The notes under the pieces: model-generated
The model's input: only the letters and a program-made list of their open reading frames with translations
Told to the model about the DNA's origin: nothing
Databases searched by the model: none
Made by a program: the position numbers and the translations under genes
Assembly: GCF_964204645.1 (NCBI RefSeq)
Contig: NC_134025.1
Span: 20,063,101 to 20,127,100, forward strand
Length of the DNA: 64,000 bases
Reading direction: 5' to 3'
Origin: Tubulanus polymorphus
Taxonomy: Eukaryota > Animalia > Nemertea
Part shown: positions 11,001 to 22,700 of the stretch, in pieces
Position numbering within the stretch: position 1 is the stretch's first letter
Layout of the letters: each line of letters starts with the position of its first letter

Positions 11001-13909
11001 TACATTCCCTGTATAAATTATTCAATCGTATAGTTTTGTTGATAACAAATGAAATCAGATTTGAACCTGGCACTAAATGACTTGAACTTAATAATATACT
11101 TTCAGGTGAAGATGCATTGAAGGCACTTGAGTGTAAAGTGGATGGAATTTGGGTTTCTAATCATGGTGCTAGACAACTAGATGGTGTTCCTGCCACAGTA
11201 TGTCATTATGTTACAAATAAGTACTTAGGCCCTTTTCAAATGTATTCTTCCATTAGACGGAATTATCCTCTTGGGAGAAGATATCGGCTGTCACAGAGAC
11301 TGAAGAATTGGCAGAAACGTCCAACTACAGCTATCGAAGGAGAAAATAGACAATTCCTCTTCCGGAAGAGCACAATTGAAAAGGGTGTTAGATATCAAAC
11401 ACGTAGAACATTGCAAGAAATTTGGTGGAATTTTCTTTTAACAAACTGTTCATATTCATGGTAAATGAAATACATGTAGGTCTGCTGGTACCCATTATAA
11501 GATATTAAAAAGTGATTAGATTAGTAGACATATGATTAATAAAATGATAAATAGTTAAAGTAAACAACATATATATTGCACAACAGGATTATTGATGATA
11601 TATCAATCCTACTGTCTGCATATCTAAAAGATATAGCATAACAGATATAATTTAACTACATGTACCATAATTCCACCTAATTCAGTATTTGAATAGTAAT
11701 ATGTGTGTTATATCTGCATAGATCGATGTCTTGCCAGAAGTTGCAAAAGCAGTCGATGGAAAGTGTGAAATCTATTTGGACAGTGGTATAAGAACTGGAA
11801 CAGATATTTTAAAAGCTCTAGCATTAGGAGCTACAGCTGTTTTCATTGGGCGTCCTGCTCTTTATGGATTGGCCTGTCAGGTAAGAAATTTCCATTTCAT
11901 ACTTGTCTTAACTCCCTTCGGTTTTCTATTCATATTGAATGTGGTATGGAAGGTGCTTACCATCCAGGCTACATCCACGGCGACTTATGAGACTTTCATT
12001 ATTTTAGATGCCCCTTTGAAAGTCACTTAATGTCAAGAAGAGTACAATTTTGTCGTTAAAAAAATCTAAACAAAAGGCACTTTCTGTGTAAAAAAACCAA
12101 GGCATGATTTTCTCAAAAAATCCTGAAAAATTGCATTTGTCCTGCGATATGAAACTGCCAAGATGCCCTCGTTTAGTAAATTGATTTGCCCAAAAATTGG
12201 TATAATTGGTTATCTGCCTGCATGCTGACACTAACACCAACTTAATCCTGATTTGTATCAAATCTGGACGTTATTTACAGTCATATAGAATTTGATATTT
12301 CGATCAGGATTTCTCGTACATAAACCAAATGAATTTCATAAGGCCTGAATGATCCGAATAAAAGTGGGGATTACTAGAAAATAAAAGGATTTTGTGCTGG
12401 ATATTTTGAAGGTTCGTCAGAGCTATGACTTAAGGACATGTTTTGATTGATTTTGTCAACTAACTACATTTAACACATAATGAAAAAAAAACATTAATTG
12501 AAATACACCATTTTTTCAGGGAGAAGAGGGAGTGCGTATGGTGCTACAGATACTGAAAGATGAATTTGATCAGGCTATGGCTCTGTCAGGTAATTAGTCC
12601 GCTGGGCTATTGGCTGCAGGCTATTGCATTCATGTTTTGCTCGTTTGTCCATGTCTTTGGGTCTGAAGATGTGTCTTGGGTAGATGGGTGTATAACCCAA
12701 ATATCAAGACAATTAATCTAAGCATCTTCAAAACTTCAAAAGATAACTGAATTCAATCTATGCATGAACGCACAGATGGAAAATGGATGAAAAGTGAACA
12801 CAATTGCGGGCTAAAAAAATTACAACTTACTGGCACTTGAATATGTGAGATTTAATGATAATAACTGTCATTTTTATAGCGCAGGTATCCAAACTAGAGT
12901 CTGTTCAAGTGCGCTCCAAACTTGGTATTATTACCCCTAGCCTATAACTCTATTCATGTATCAGTCATCTCTCCCTGGGGAGAAGTAACAACCGAGCAAC
13001 TACGAGGCACTCAGGAGTCATCTATCAGGCCAGGTACCTAACCTATCGACTCCTGGGTGGAGAGAGCCAATGAGGATAAGTGTCATGCCTGAGGACAGTA
13101 CTACGGTAAAGTACGGGCTTCGAAGCCACGACCTGGTTTCCCTCACTCGAACGCTCTAACCACACGCTTGCTCAAATACACAAATAACTTAAATCAGCGT
13201 TGCCAATCAACTTCAAGAATGTTACTAGATGCCGTCTCATGGTCTGTACCTCTCTGTAGTGAACAACACCTCTGTAGTGAACGTTTTATTCGGAAGTAAG
13301 AAAGTTCACTATTGAAGTTTCATGGTATAGAATTGAGAAAAAAATGTTGGGACTTTTATATCAAAAATTAATTATAGCCTATACGAGCCGGTTGTGTTAT
13401 CTATAGTGTATATGCTTTTTGCTGCCAGAATCTGCTACACGATAGCTATCTTTTGTTTTGAAGGCACAATGTATGGTCTTCAGCATGGATAATCTGAAAA
13501 ATTATGGCATGCGTGGAGCCAGGATTTTTTCCAGGAGGGGTTCATAAAAAATGTTTATGTTAAACTGCCGACTAAAATTTTTTATGATAGGGGGCCTTTA
13601 CGGCATATTATTTGGCCAAACATGATGATATGGTACCGATTATGTGGTACTGCCCGCATTTGTCTTGAGTACATTCCTTCAAGAAAACGATTAAGAAGTT
13701 TTTTTGGTAGCTGAGCAGGGGCGCGCCTGAATGGTTACAATACGTCACCAGACGGACATCAAATACCAAATTTGCGATGACGCTGGCACTGTTTCATTTT
13801 GATGGACGAGTATTTTTGATAATTCATTGTTTTCTTTGCAGGCTGCAGATCCATAAAAGAATTGTCTCCAGATCTATTACGTCATCAATCCACCTACTCT
13901 AAGTTGTGA
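7873..13909 (+). CDS. HAO1: Peroxisomal (S)-2-hydroxy-acid oxidase (glycolate oxidase, HAO1-like), 5'-partial, exons 2-8
   Basis: Exons 7873-8024, 8699-8957, 9274-9449, 11106-11197, 11722-11880, 12520-12589 and 13842-13909 are all GT-AG and phase-compatible. FMN-dependent alpha-hydroxy acid oxidase motifs are present ([63 protein letters not shown]), with C-terminal SKL. Confidence 0.95.
8699..8957 (+). CDS. HAO1: HAO exon 3
   Basis: ag|CTGCTG...CTAAA|gtatgt; encodes [12 protein letters not shown]...[10 protein letters not shown]...[10 protein letters not shown]. Confidence 0.93.
9274..9449 (+). CDS. HAO1: HAO exon 4
   Basis: ag|GATGGCA...ACAG|gtaagt; encodes MANFE...[27 protein letters not shown]. 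Confidence 0.93.
9513..10289. mobile_element. PIF/Harbinger-type MITE in an HAO intron
   Basis: TIRs AGGTTGGCTTATGTCAACA / TGTCGACATAAGCCAGCCT; 3-bp TTA on both flanks (9510-9512, 10290-10292); internal GCTTATGTC repeats. Confidence 0.8.
11106..11197 (+). CDS. HAO1: HAO exon 5 (catalytic His)
   Basis: cag|GTGAAGAT...GCCACA|gtatgt; encodes [20 protein letters not shown]. Confidence 0.93.
11722..11880 (+). CDS. HAO1: HAO exon 6
   Basis: ag|ATCGATGTC...TGTCAG|gtaaga; encodes [28 protein letters not shown]. Confidence 0.93.
12520..12589 (+). CDS. HAO1: HAO exon 7
   Basis: tttcag|GGAGAA...TCAG|gtaatt; encodes [23 protein letters not shown]. Confidence 0.92.
12871..13168 (-). mobile_element. tRNA-derived SINE with CORE-like central domain
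   Basis: The minus strand has an A-box-like TGGTTAGAGCG, a B-box-like GGCTTCGAAGCCC, a CORE-like GTCCTCAGGCATGACACTTATCCTC...CTCTCCACCCAGGAG and a 3' GCGCTATAAAAA tail. Confidence 0.7.
13842..13909 (+). CDS. HAO1: HAO terminal exon 8 ending in PTS1 (SKL)
   Basis: ttgcag|GC TGC AGA TCC...TAC TCT AAG TTG TGA. Confidence 0.92.
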
Positions 13910-14098
13910 ACGTATCTGGTGCATCATTTCCGATGTGAAATGAAAATGAAATTAGGATGAATTTAATTTATTTTACTTCTGAATTGTTAATCAATGATAG
14001 CATATTATATTTTATACGTATAATCATAGATTATTAAATGTTATGAAGAAAGTAATCGTATAGAATTATTTTTATTGTCAATCCGTCATTTTCCTGAA

Positions 14099-14253
14099 GG
14101 GGATCATTCATTTATTACGTACGCATGAAATTTGACTTTTTCAACCCCCCTCCCCCTGTACGCAAAATCGGCTATTTTTTCATATACATTGAGCATTACA
14201 GTACGCAATTGCACTCATCCCTTCCCTAATGCGTATGTAATAAATGAATGATT
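14099..14253. mobile_element. Small MITE
   Basis: Inverted ends ATCATTCATTTATTACGTACGCAT / ATGCGTATGTAATAAATGAATGAT. Confidence 0.6.
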
Positions 14254-15928
14254 ACGAGGCCAAACCACACATAAAGACTACTGGGTACTTTTCCATTGCC
14301 CTAAACTGGTTAGGGCAACTACGTCCCAAACTGGAATAAAAGATTGTCCTAGTATCCCTAATTGCCAATTCAAGTATTGTGTGAAGTCTGGATGATCATT
14401 TTATATGGGCGATAAAGTGCATATCTGACATTAAATTTAATTAATAATGCCAAAAACAAGATCCTGAAGTTCAAATTCAAAGAATTATTGTGATAAAGTA
14501 TTGAATGTCTTTGAAGAGGAAGACCACGCTGCAGATGGACACCTGCCAATAAATTGTCCAGTATTCGAACCTGATGGGATTGTACAAGATTGTAAACTTC
14601 CCAGTTGACTTATCTACTATAAACTGAGGATATGGTTATGATGCCAACAAAATATCGACATACAGTCAAACTGTATCTGGAAAATGTATATGTCAACATG
14701 ATGTTTGATTCAGATTTTTCATTTAATTCACGGGTCCTAATCAATATGGGATTGACTGTATGTTGATGCTGTACATCCATAGAAGAGTATTTTAACTCCC
14801 AAGTATTTGTAATTACATTATGAAAAATAAATGGTTACTGGTAGTATGGAAACATTATCCATGCGTATTACAGCAAACTGCTCGAATAAGATCCAATCAA
14901 CTAGAGGAAACCATTCAAGTCTTTAATGTGGTAAAATGTTTGAGGACAATGTACCATCCTACTCAAACATCACTTGATAGCTGCTGCTATCACACAAGCT
15001 TTTTGCCCGAGCCCGTATGACCCAACCTAAAACGTCGGACTAGGCCCGACCCAAATTTTAGCACAGGACAAATGATTGTGTTCGAATTGCACCTGGAATG
15101 ACCCACCTCACTTTGTTCGAGCATTGTTTATTTAGTATTGAGTGAGTGGTTTACATGTGAACACGCTCTAATTAGGCAGGGGCCAAAGTTGGCTCCAGCC
15201 CAATCTGTGCCAAATCGTCTCCGTGTGATCACAGCTAATAAGTCTCACAAATTTTATGACAAGGAACTTTTTTGCTCTTATTGATAAATCTGAATAACAC
15301 TAAATTCTAACAACAATAAAATAGTTTATTTTTTTCAATGTGCACAAAAATACATGTATCAGGGAAACCAATTAATTTAGATTAACACAAATATATCTTT
15401 TTTCTCAACATTTCCTAATACATTATATTGTATATATTACGTTATTCAATACCAATACGGGTATATCTGGACGGACATGACATCATTTATTTCTTTTATC
15501 AAAAACATATTCGTTATCAGCATATCACAGACAATAAAACTTAAGATCATGTAAAAATACAAATTGTCAACATCTGGTTAAGTTTTATTCACATTAAGAC
15601 AAAAGTGACATAGCTTTGTGCATATTTGCATAAGCTACGTCTTAATGGATGCGATTCAACAAAACCCACATTCAAACAGGTAGCGTCTACACTAAACTCA
15701 GAGTCTGATACGAACGCGGGTTCAATGCAGAGCGCATCTTTCTTTTTTCAAGAAGGGTTTCTACAACCCAGGTTTTGCAGAAAACTCTGCATTGAATCTG
15801 TGTTTGGAGTATAGTGTAGATGTATAAGATGCAAGTGTAGATGTAGCTATAAAGGCCACCCGGGAGGTTAAATCACATTTCATAGCAGATCTATATTCTT
15901 TCACAGGATCTAGCTAAATGTAATAATA

Positions 15929-16552
15929 CAGTCAACCCCGCTCATCAAGACAAACTGAATTTTGATATGATTAATTCAGACTTATCGTATAAGTATCTTT
16001 ATGTAAATGTATAAAAAATACTCTAAACCATTTCCGTGCATCCACACCGCAGTGCGGTGTATGAATCGGTGATGGATTTTGCTAGTACACCGCACTGCGG
16101 TGTATTGATGTAATTAGTAATTAGTTTTATCTCTATTGAAAGATGGCAGCACCTGTCAAACATAGTGAAATATTAGTAACTAAGATATACCGCAGCGCGG
16201 TGTATACGCGCTATAGTGGTATTCCCGTTATTCAACACACTAGGGTGGAATTTTTCAAAATTTTCAAATTATCTCCAGCACTATAGGGTATTGATTAGTC
16301 AGCAATGAAAGGGTTAATCTTATCACATACGATCTATTGCACTTAATACAAATCGATGATCTCCGGTACCTGATATGTGGTTCTTCAGTGTGGTTCTTCA
16401 GATTAGTTTTTAAACGGCAATGTATGGCAAGCAGGAAACTCCTGGAGTAATTACCTATGCTTATACTTAATTGGTGATATGTAATCCGGATCTCTTCTAA
16501 CCAAGATAAATTTACTCAGTCCCAGGTGCTACAAATTTCAGGGGGTTGACTG
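15929..16552. mobile_element. Tc1/mariner MITE with a possible nested piggyBac-like insert (16028-16313), 8 bp past the stop of the U-box/TPR gene
   Basis: TA|CAGTCAACCCC...GGGGTTGACTG|TA; the inner piece reads TAAA|CCATTTC...GAAAGGG|TTAA and carries repeated ACACCGCAGTGCGGTGT near-palindromes. Confidence 0.6.
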
Positions 16553-16560
16553 TAGTTCAT

Positions 16561-16700
16561 CTAAATCCAGCATTTATGCCTGAAGAAAGCTTGCATTTCT
16601 GGATCGTCAACGTCTCTTCCATTCACCCCGGCATAAACCTTCATCAGTAAATCTGATTTGAATTTATCATCCAAAATCTTCACATATTTATCTAAAACAG
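16561..16700 (-). CDS. U-box/TPR gene terminal exon 20
   Basis: VLDKYVKILDDKFKSDLLMKVYAGVNG...FFRHKCWI-TAG. Confidence 0.85.
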
Positions 16701-19700
16701 CTGAAATAACAGAATATCAAATAACGTACAGGCATATTTAATCAAATTTCACACTTACCTGGTAGATAAAAAATGTCGGGATTGTTATATCTTATAACAC
16801 GTATAATTTGATCGTAGGCTCACTTGTTATAGACTATGGATTATGAAACTACTATCACTAATATGTGACCTGTATAATTTTTAGTATGCTGTTGAATAGT
16901 GGAATCTTCTATATAGATTAACTTGACTTCCGTTGAACATGGGAGAAAATAAGTGTGAGGTAGAGTGGCCAGGTGTGAGGTAGAGTGGCCAGAAGAACTT
17001 TTGACCAAGAAACTGACACCAGCAGGTCCTGAAGTGATGAACTCCGGATTGATGAAACTAGTACTACAGTGGCACCTCGTTATAACGAACTCGGATAAAA
17101 CGATTACTCGTATATGACAAATATAGAATTGTGTCCCAAGTAAGACAATTTAATCATTTTCATACTGCATATAACAAACTATCAGTTATAACGGACAGAT
17201 TTTCTGGTCCCCTGAAATTCGTTGTATCGAGGTTCCACTGTAATAATAATTATTAAGATTAAAATTAATTTTAAAACTGAAGAAGTTTCCATTGTGTTGT
17301 CAAAAGTCTACCATATCTAGTAGATACCGGGATAAACCAGAAATCCTCTTGAACAGACAGAGCCGTCGGAAGGGATTTTTCAGTGGCGAGGCTTATTTCC
17401 GAATGGGGGTGGTGGGGGCCCTCCCCCAGAAAAATTTTGAAAATTCAATCGCCGGAGATGTGTTTTGGGGCCATTTCACGGTCTCATTGACAGAAGCATG
17501 AGAAGTCGTGAGCCAACCACCTAGTGTTCCGACGGCTCTGACAGATCAAGACAAGGAATCTTTTATATAAGTTTTGTCACCTACAAATTGTCTGCAAGCT
17601 AAATGCCCACTCTTAACTGGATAAAACAATGATTTTAACCTACCTAATCCCATAATCTTGCCCCAAGATATCATGTTTGGTCCCAAACGAGGGTCGTCAT
17701 ACTTCTCACATTTGATCAACAACCTTACGATTTCTCCATGGATATAGGCGTCATCAAATGATGCCGTATCGGAAACTGGAAATTTTGCAAAAATGTCTAC
17801 AGCCCCTAATGGATCATCTTTAATTAGCATATCAGCCAGCTCGATATATGCATCATGAATCTGAAAATAGCCACTTTTATAATGAAGTACATACCGGTAA
17901 GTTAAATCAAATTCAAACTATGGTTCTATACCTCTGGCGCCATTGACATGACTTCATTATAGTATTTTTTAGCCTCTTCAATATCTTCAGGTTTACGGGC
18001 AAGAGCTCTGGCTAGTCCTAAACGTGCATGATGTGTCTTTTTATTGATTGGAGCTGGTTTAGTTGGCTGACTGGTTGTTGTTTTCACTAAATACATAAGA
18101 AATAATAAATATTGTAGTTTTCAATTCGAATACAGAACTAGCTAGCTGCCATACACACCCCTCAACTGTCTTGAATGAGTTACATTGAAGCCAACTTTTA
18201 CCCCTTTTTCTAGGCCAAGGTAGCTCATTCATACTTCTAGACCTGCTCCACCTGTGTTATCAACAAATTCAGACTGATACTTGTAGGTAGTGATTTTAGA
18301 GGTTATTCAGCGAGCTTGGATACAGGCAACAAAAGAACATGGCTGTCCATGTAGCCTATTCAATTTTTAACACACCCCCAGATCACCAACAGCCCCCAAA
18401 ATGATCTAAAACATGTATCTTTCTGATCATTGAACTTTCATATGAAATAATTCTAAGCGCACATATTCTTGTTTTGAAACATTTCAAACAAACTTCAAAC
18501 TAATTAAACACTGAGGGGACCACAGTAATGGGATACCAGCAACACCAGATGGCGCAACAAATCACTGGGTTATTTGTAGTGAAAATCAGAAATACGATAT
18601 AGGCTATACGACGCTCAGATTCCAGCATGGTTCGTCATGTTCCCAGTCGTATCCTGAGTTGGCAGTGCAGATTCTATATCGCTGATAAATCTACCCTCAA
18701 TCTATCAATTAAAGCTGCCACTTGCACTACGTAGACAACGTAGCAAGAAAGTTACATGTATACTGTCTAAACACTTACACAGACAATACCATAGTGTATT
18801 TTTATCTGTTGCCGGCATCGGGCTACGACTTACACAAGGTATTTTGAATGGTATCAAAAGATTTGGCTTCCAAAATTGACACCACTTACGCAAAAATACG
18901 ACTTTGGAAGTACGAGTTATAAGCATAATTTGATAAGGTTTAAAGAAGGAAAAATTAGGGACCAAAATAATTATACGAGAGATGTGATGATACGACTAAT
19001 TCGATGATGACTTTTGCGGGGTTGACTGGGTTATTGATTAATAAAACATCATTTGCTGCCAATGAAATTCATCCCACTGTCCACCTTACTATAATCTGAA
19101 TTTATTTATTTCTGCAAGGGCGCACTCAATTATCAATCTAGGATATGTGATTGTGATTTATCATTGGTCACGTGATATTTAGGAGACTTTGAAATGTTCA
19201 TTCTTTCAAGGTGGTTTCATCGTGGAGATCATATGACAAGACTCGGTCCGGAGAATCTGGTTGAGGTTTTGGAGGCACTTAATAGAGTACACCCGAAATT
19301 ATGTTTGCCTTAGATCCCTCTCTACATCAAATTGATCTGGATTTAACAGAATTGACTCATCATAACCAATTACCTTCTTCTTTGGTAGACTCAGGTACTG
19401 GTACAATTGGAGTAGCAGATCCTGATTTTGCAGCAGATCCCGTCTTTGTCGCAGACGTTGCAACTTTAGTTGCCGATCCTGGTTTTGTTACGCTGCCTCT
19501 CACTCCGACTGATTTGGTTGCCCCGCGAGTTGCTGGTGTGGCTGCACCTCTTCCAGTAGCAGGCTGTAAATGATTACACTATCATTTTGTTATTTATGCA
19601 GTATGTGATTTGAATGACAAGCGCGAAAGCTTTTTCATCAACAACTGAAATATTACCTTGGCCGGCACTTTGCTAGCAGCTCGACCGGCAGTACCCCTTG

Positions 19701-22700
19701 AAGTTGTTCCTCGAGTAGCAGGAGTACCTCGCGCTGCACCTGGAAAATATATCAATGGCTGAATTGAATTCATACACCAGGATTTTATTACACTCGCTAT
19801 TGAAAATTTGGATTTCCAGGAACTATATGTTATCAACAAAAAACGTTGCATACAGTGTGTTATGTAATGACCTAGAAATAGTCTCGACATTTGTCCATAT
19901 TTTCACTGCGCAAACTCCTCAATTTTCCTACAGACTGGTGGCTAAAAAAGTTGGTTTAAGTTGACCATAAGAAATGCCATGGTCATTATGCAGCTTTTTT
20001 GTCACTGGCTCCGAATTTTAGAAAGCACTCTTTCATTTGAAGCCCATATCTTATCTCTAGTGTGGATAGAAACCTGCACCCCACTATCATTTCTTTTTAC
20101 TCATCTTGATATTTACCTCTGATTGGTGTTGTTGTGCCTCTACCCCTAACAGCAGGACCTCCACTACCAGCTGCAGCTCCTGGTTTAGCAGAGACCTTTG
20201 TGTCATTCGCTTTCTTTTTCTTTTCTTCCTCCTGCTTTTCTCTTTCTTGCCACCATAACTGGCCTACAGGACAACAGAAAATTTGAGTCATGTCAAAGCT
20301 GTTCCTCAATGGTGCCAAAATGTGTCACATATTGGTCCTACCTCCCTGTTGTCTAAGTACTAAATTACCCCATACAAAATGAATGGTGGACGCCAGTATT
20401 GATTGATCAATTTTAACTACCTTTTACATCCAAAGGTGGGACTCCGGTGGCTGGTTTTCCTTCTAAATCAATACTGGCTTTGAATGAAAGTTTGGCTTCA
20501 GTTAACAGCTTATCCGATTCGTCTCCTAAACTGTTCTCGCACTGCGAAAATTGAGCACAGCCGAGCAAGTATATACTGTGGCTATCACAGGCATTCATTA
20601 ATACTAACTTTTCACATGTCTGAAAAAGGGGTTAAATACCACATATCACAAAAGTGTTCAATAACTGTACAGAGACAACAGATACAAGTCAACTTGATTT
20701 TCTTGTCCAGTGCCTGCACAAATTTCATTGAAGGCTATCCGAGTGAGATTTTTTGTAACATGTGTACAAATAACAGTATCATACAACAAATTAGATAGTT
20801 ATTGACTATAAAATTGATCCAGGTTAATGTTAGAAAATTAGAAATAAAAACTGGCCCCTGTATTCAGGATATCAAACCAACCTCTCGTTGCAGAGATAAA
20901 AGTTGCGCATTTTGTGGAATTGTAGTTCTTTTTATAAGGGCAGAAAGACGTTGACATCTTTGAATGATTAAGTCTCGATTTCCATTTGATTTTTCCAGCA
21001 GTAGCTCGAGCAGATTAGAATGAGCTCCCAAAAGAACCCATTCTATTTGCTTGTAGGAATCACCTCGACACGTGAGAGTTAATGTCTGCGCAGCAAGTAG
21101 GGCAGCACTAGAAAATATTTACAAATCGTGACAATGGCGACAATGATGATTATTTCAACGTTAAATTTCTCAGAGCAAGTTAAGTACAGAGATGCTAGGG
21201 CCAAAGTACCAAAATTCCGGAATTTAGAACGGGGGTCTTTTTGCGTTTTTGCGTTCTAGAGCGATCTGGGTATCTGAAAATACAACGGCAGGCATTCGTT
21301 GTGCTTCACATCCCTCGCTGCCTTCTTATGCCGCGCGCTATCCGGGTGACGAAGAATATCTTTTTTCCCGCCACTACCGTATTTGACCTGGTCTTTACAA
21401 ACGACGCAGTACGCCACGCCAGCTAAGTCTAACTTACGAATGTAGTTCGATAAGTAGTCCCCATTACTGTCCTTACACTCTAGCCAGTGCCAATTAAATT
21501 TATTTTTTATACCGCTGTCAATTGCCTTTATATCGGCCGACTCCCGACTGACAATCTTTCCGTGCGTGCTCATTTTGCAGACCGTCCCGCTTGACAGCTG
21601 CAGGCAAAAAGTAAGTTACAAAGCTGCGTGCCTCAGCACATAGCACGCACGTGGTAATGATTAAGATGATATTTATAAGATATCATCTTAATCATTACCA
21701 CGTGCATCTTCACATTGTTGGCCGTCAGCGGGATGATGTACAACGGCGTGTAAAGATAATTAACTTTTAGTTGGAAATGGCGTCACAACAGTGGCGCTCC
21801 GCCTACGCACGCGCACAGATACCACAACAAGCACACATATATACATTGTATCAGAACGTCCTCGGAAACAGAGACCAAGATAAAATAACACAGAAGCGAC
21901 GATGAGTACAAGCAAACGAACGCTTTTACGGTCCGTGCCATTACTGGTCGCCGCGAGGAATTCTCACCCAATTTCCGGAATTGACATCGGCGATCCTAAA
22001 TTTCCGGAATTCCGGATATTTCCGGAAAACTAGCATCTCTGTAAGTACGACATCCTGGTATTTAGGGAATCCATCGTCATTTTTCACAAACGTTCAATTC
22101 CATGGCAAATTGTCCACTAAAGTAATTGCCAAATGCTTGTAAAAACAATTTTGCCACAGACTTTGCTCCAGTTTATTTCAAAAAAAATTTGAAAAACTGG
22201 CTCTATTGGTTTCTAGGAATCTTTTTGCTTAGTACTTACGTATGGAAGACATCTTCAGCCGTCATGACGTCTTTTACATTGGGAGAACTACGTAGCAGGA
22301 TGCCCAACTGAATGATAGACCTCAGTAAATGAATATTGTGCTGCGAAGTCAAATCATCTGCATGCAAGCAGCTTTGAACTGAACTGTAGAATAAAACCAT
22401 TTTTCCTTTACAGGTGCCTACACTTACGTACCGGTATACATATATGTATATGTATGTGTATATGTATATGTTCATGTACATATACATTAATACAAAACTA
22501 TGTACCAAAAAGGTGTCGCCGTGGAGAAGAATTGGGCCTTGAAATTTTGTGTGGTAGTCAATCATTGTATAAACTAATGCAATGAATATAAACAGGTGTG
22601 AAATTATTTATCCCAAGGTGGCATGGTGTCCCTGGACCCTTAGTTTGATTTCATAAATCTTTGATTAGCAAACGTTACCTAGAAATATCAACTTTCATTG

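Noticed and set aside
19301-19573. + strand 90-aa ORF with ADP repeats
   Set aside because: It is the antisense shadow of exon 17 of the U-box/TPR gene.
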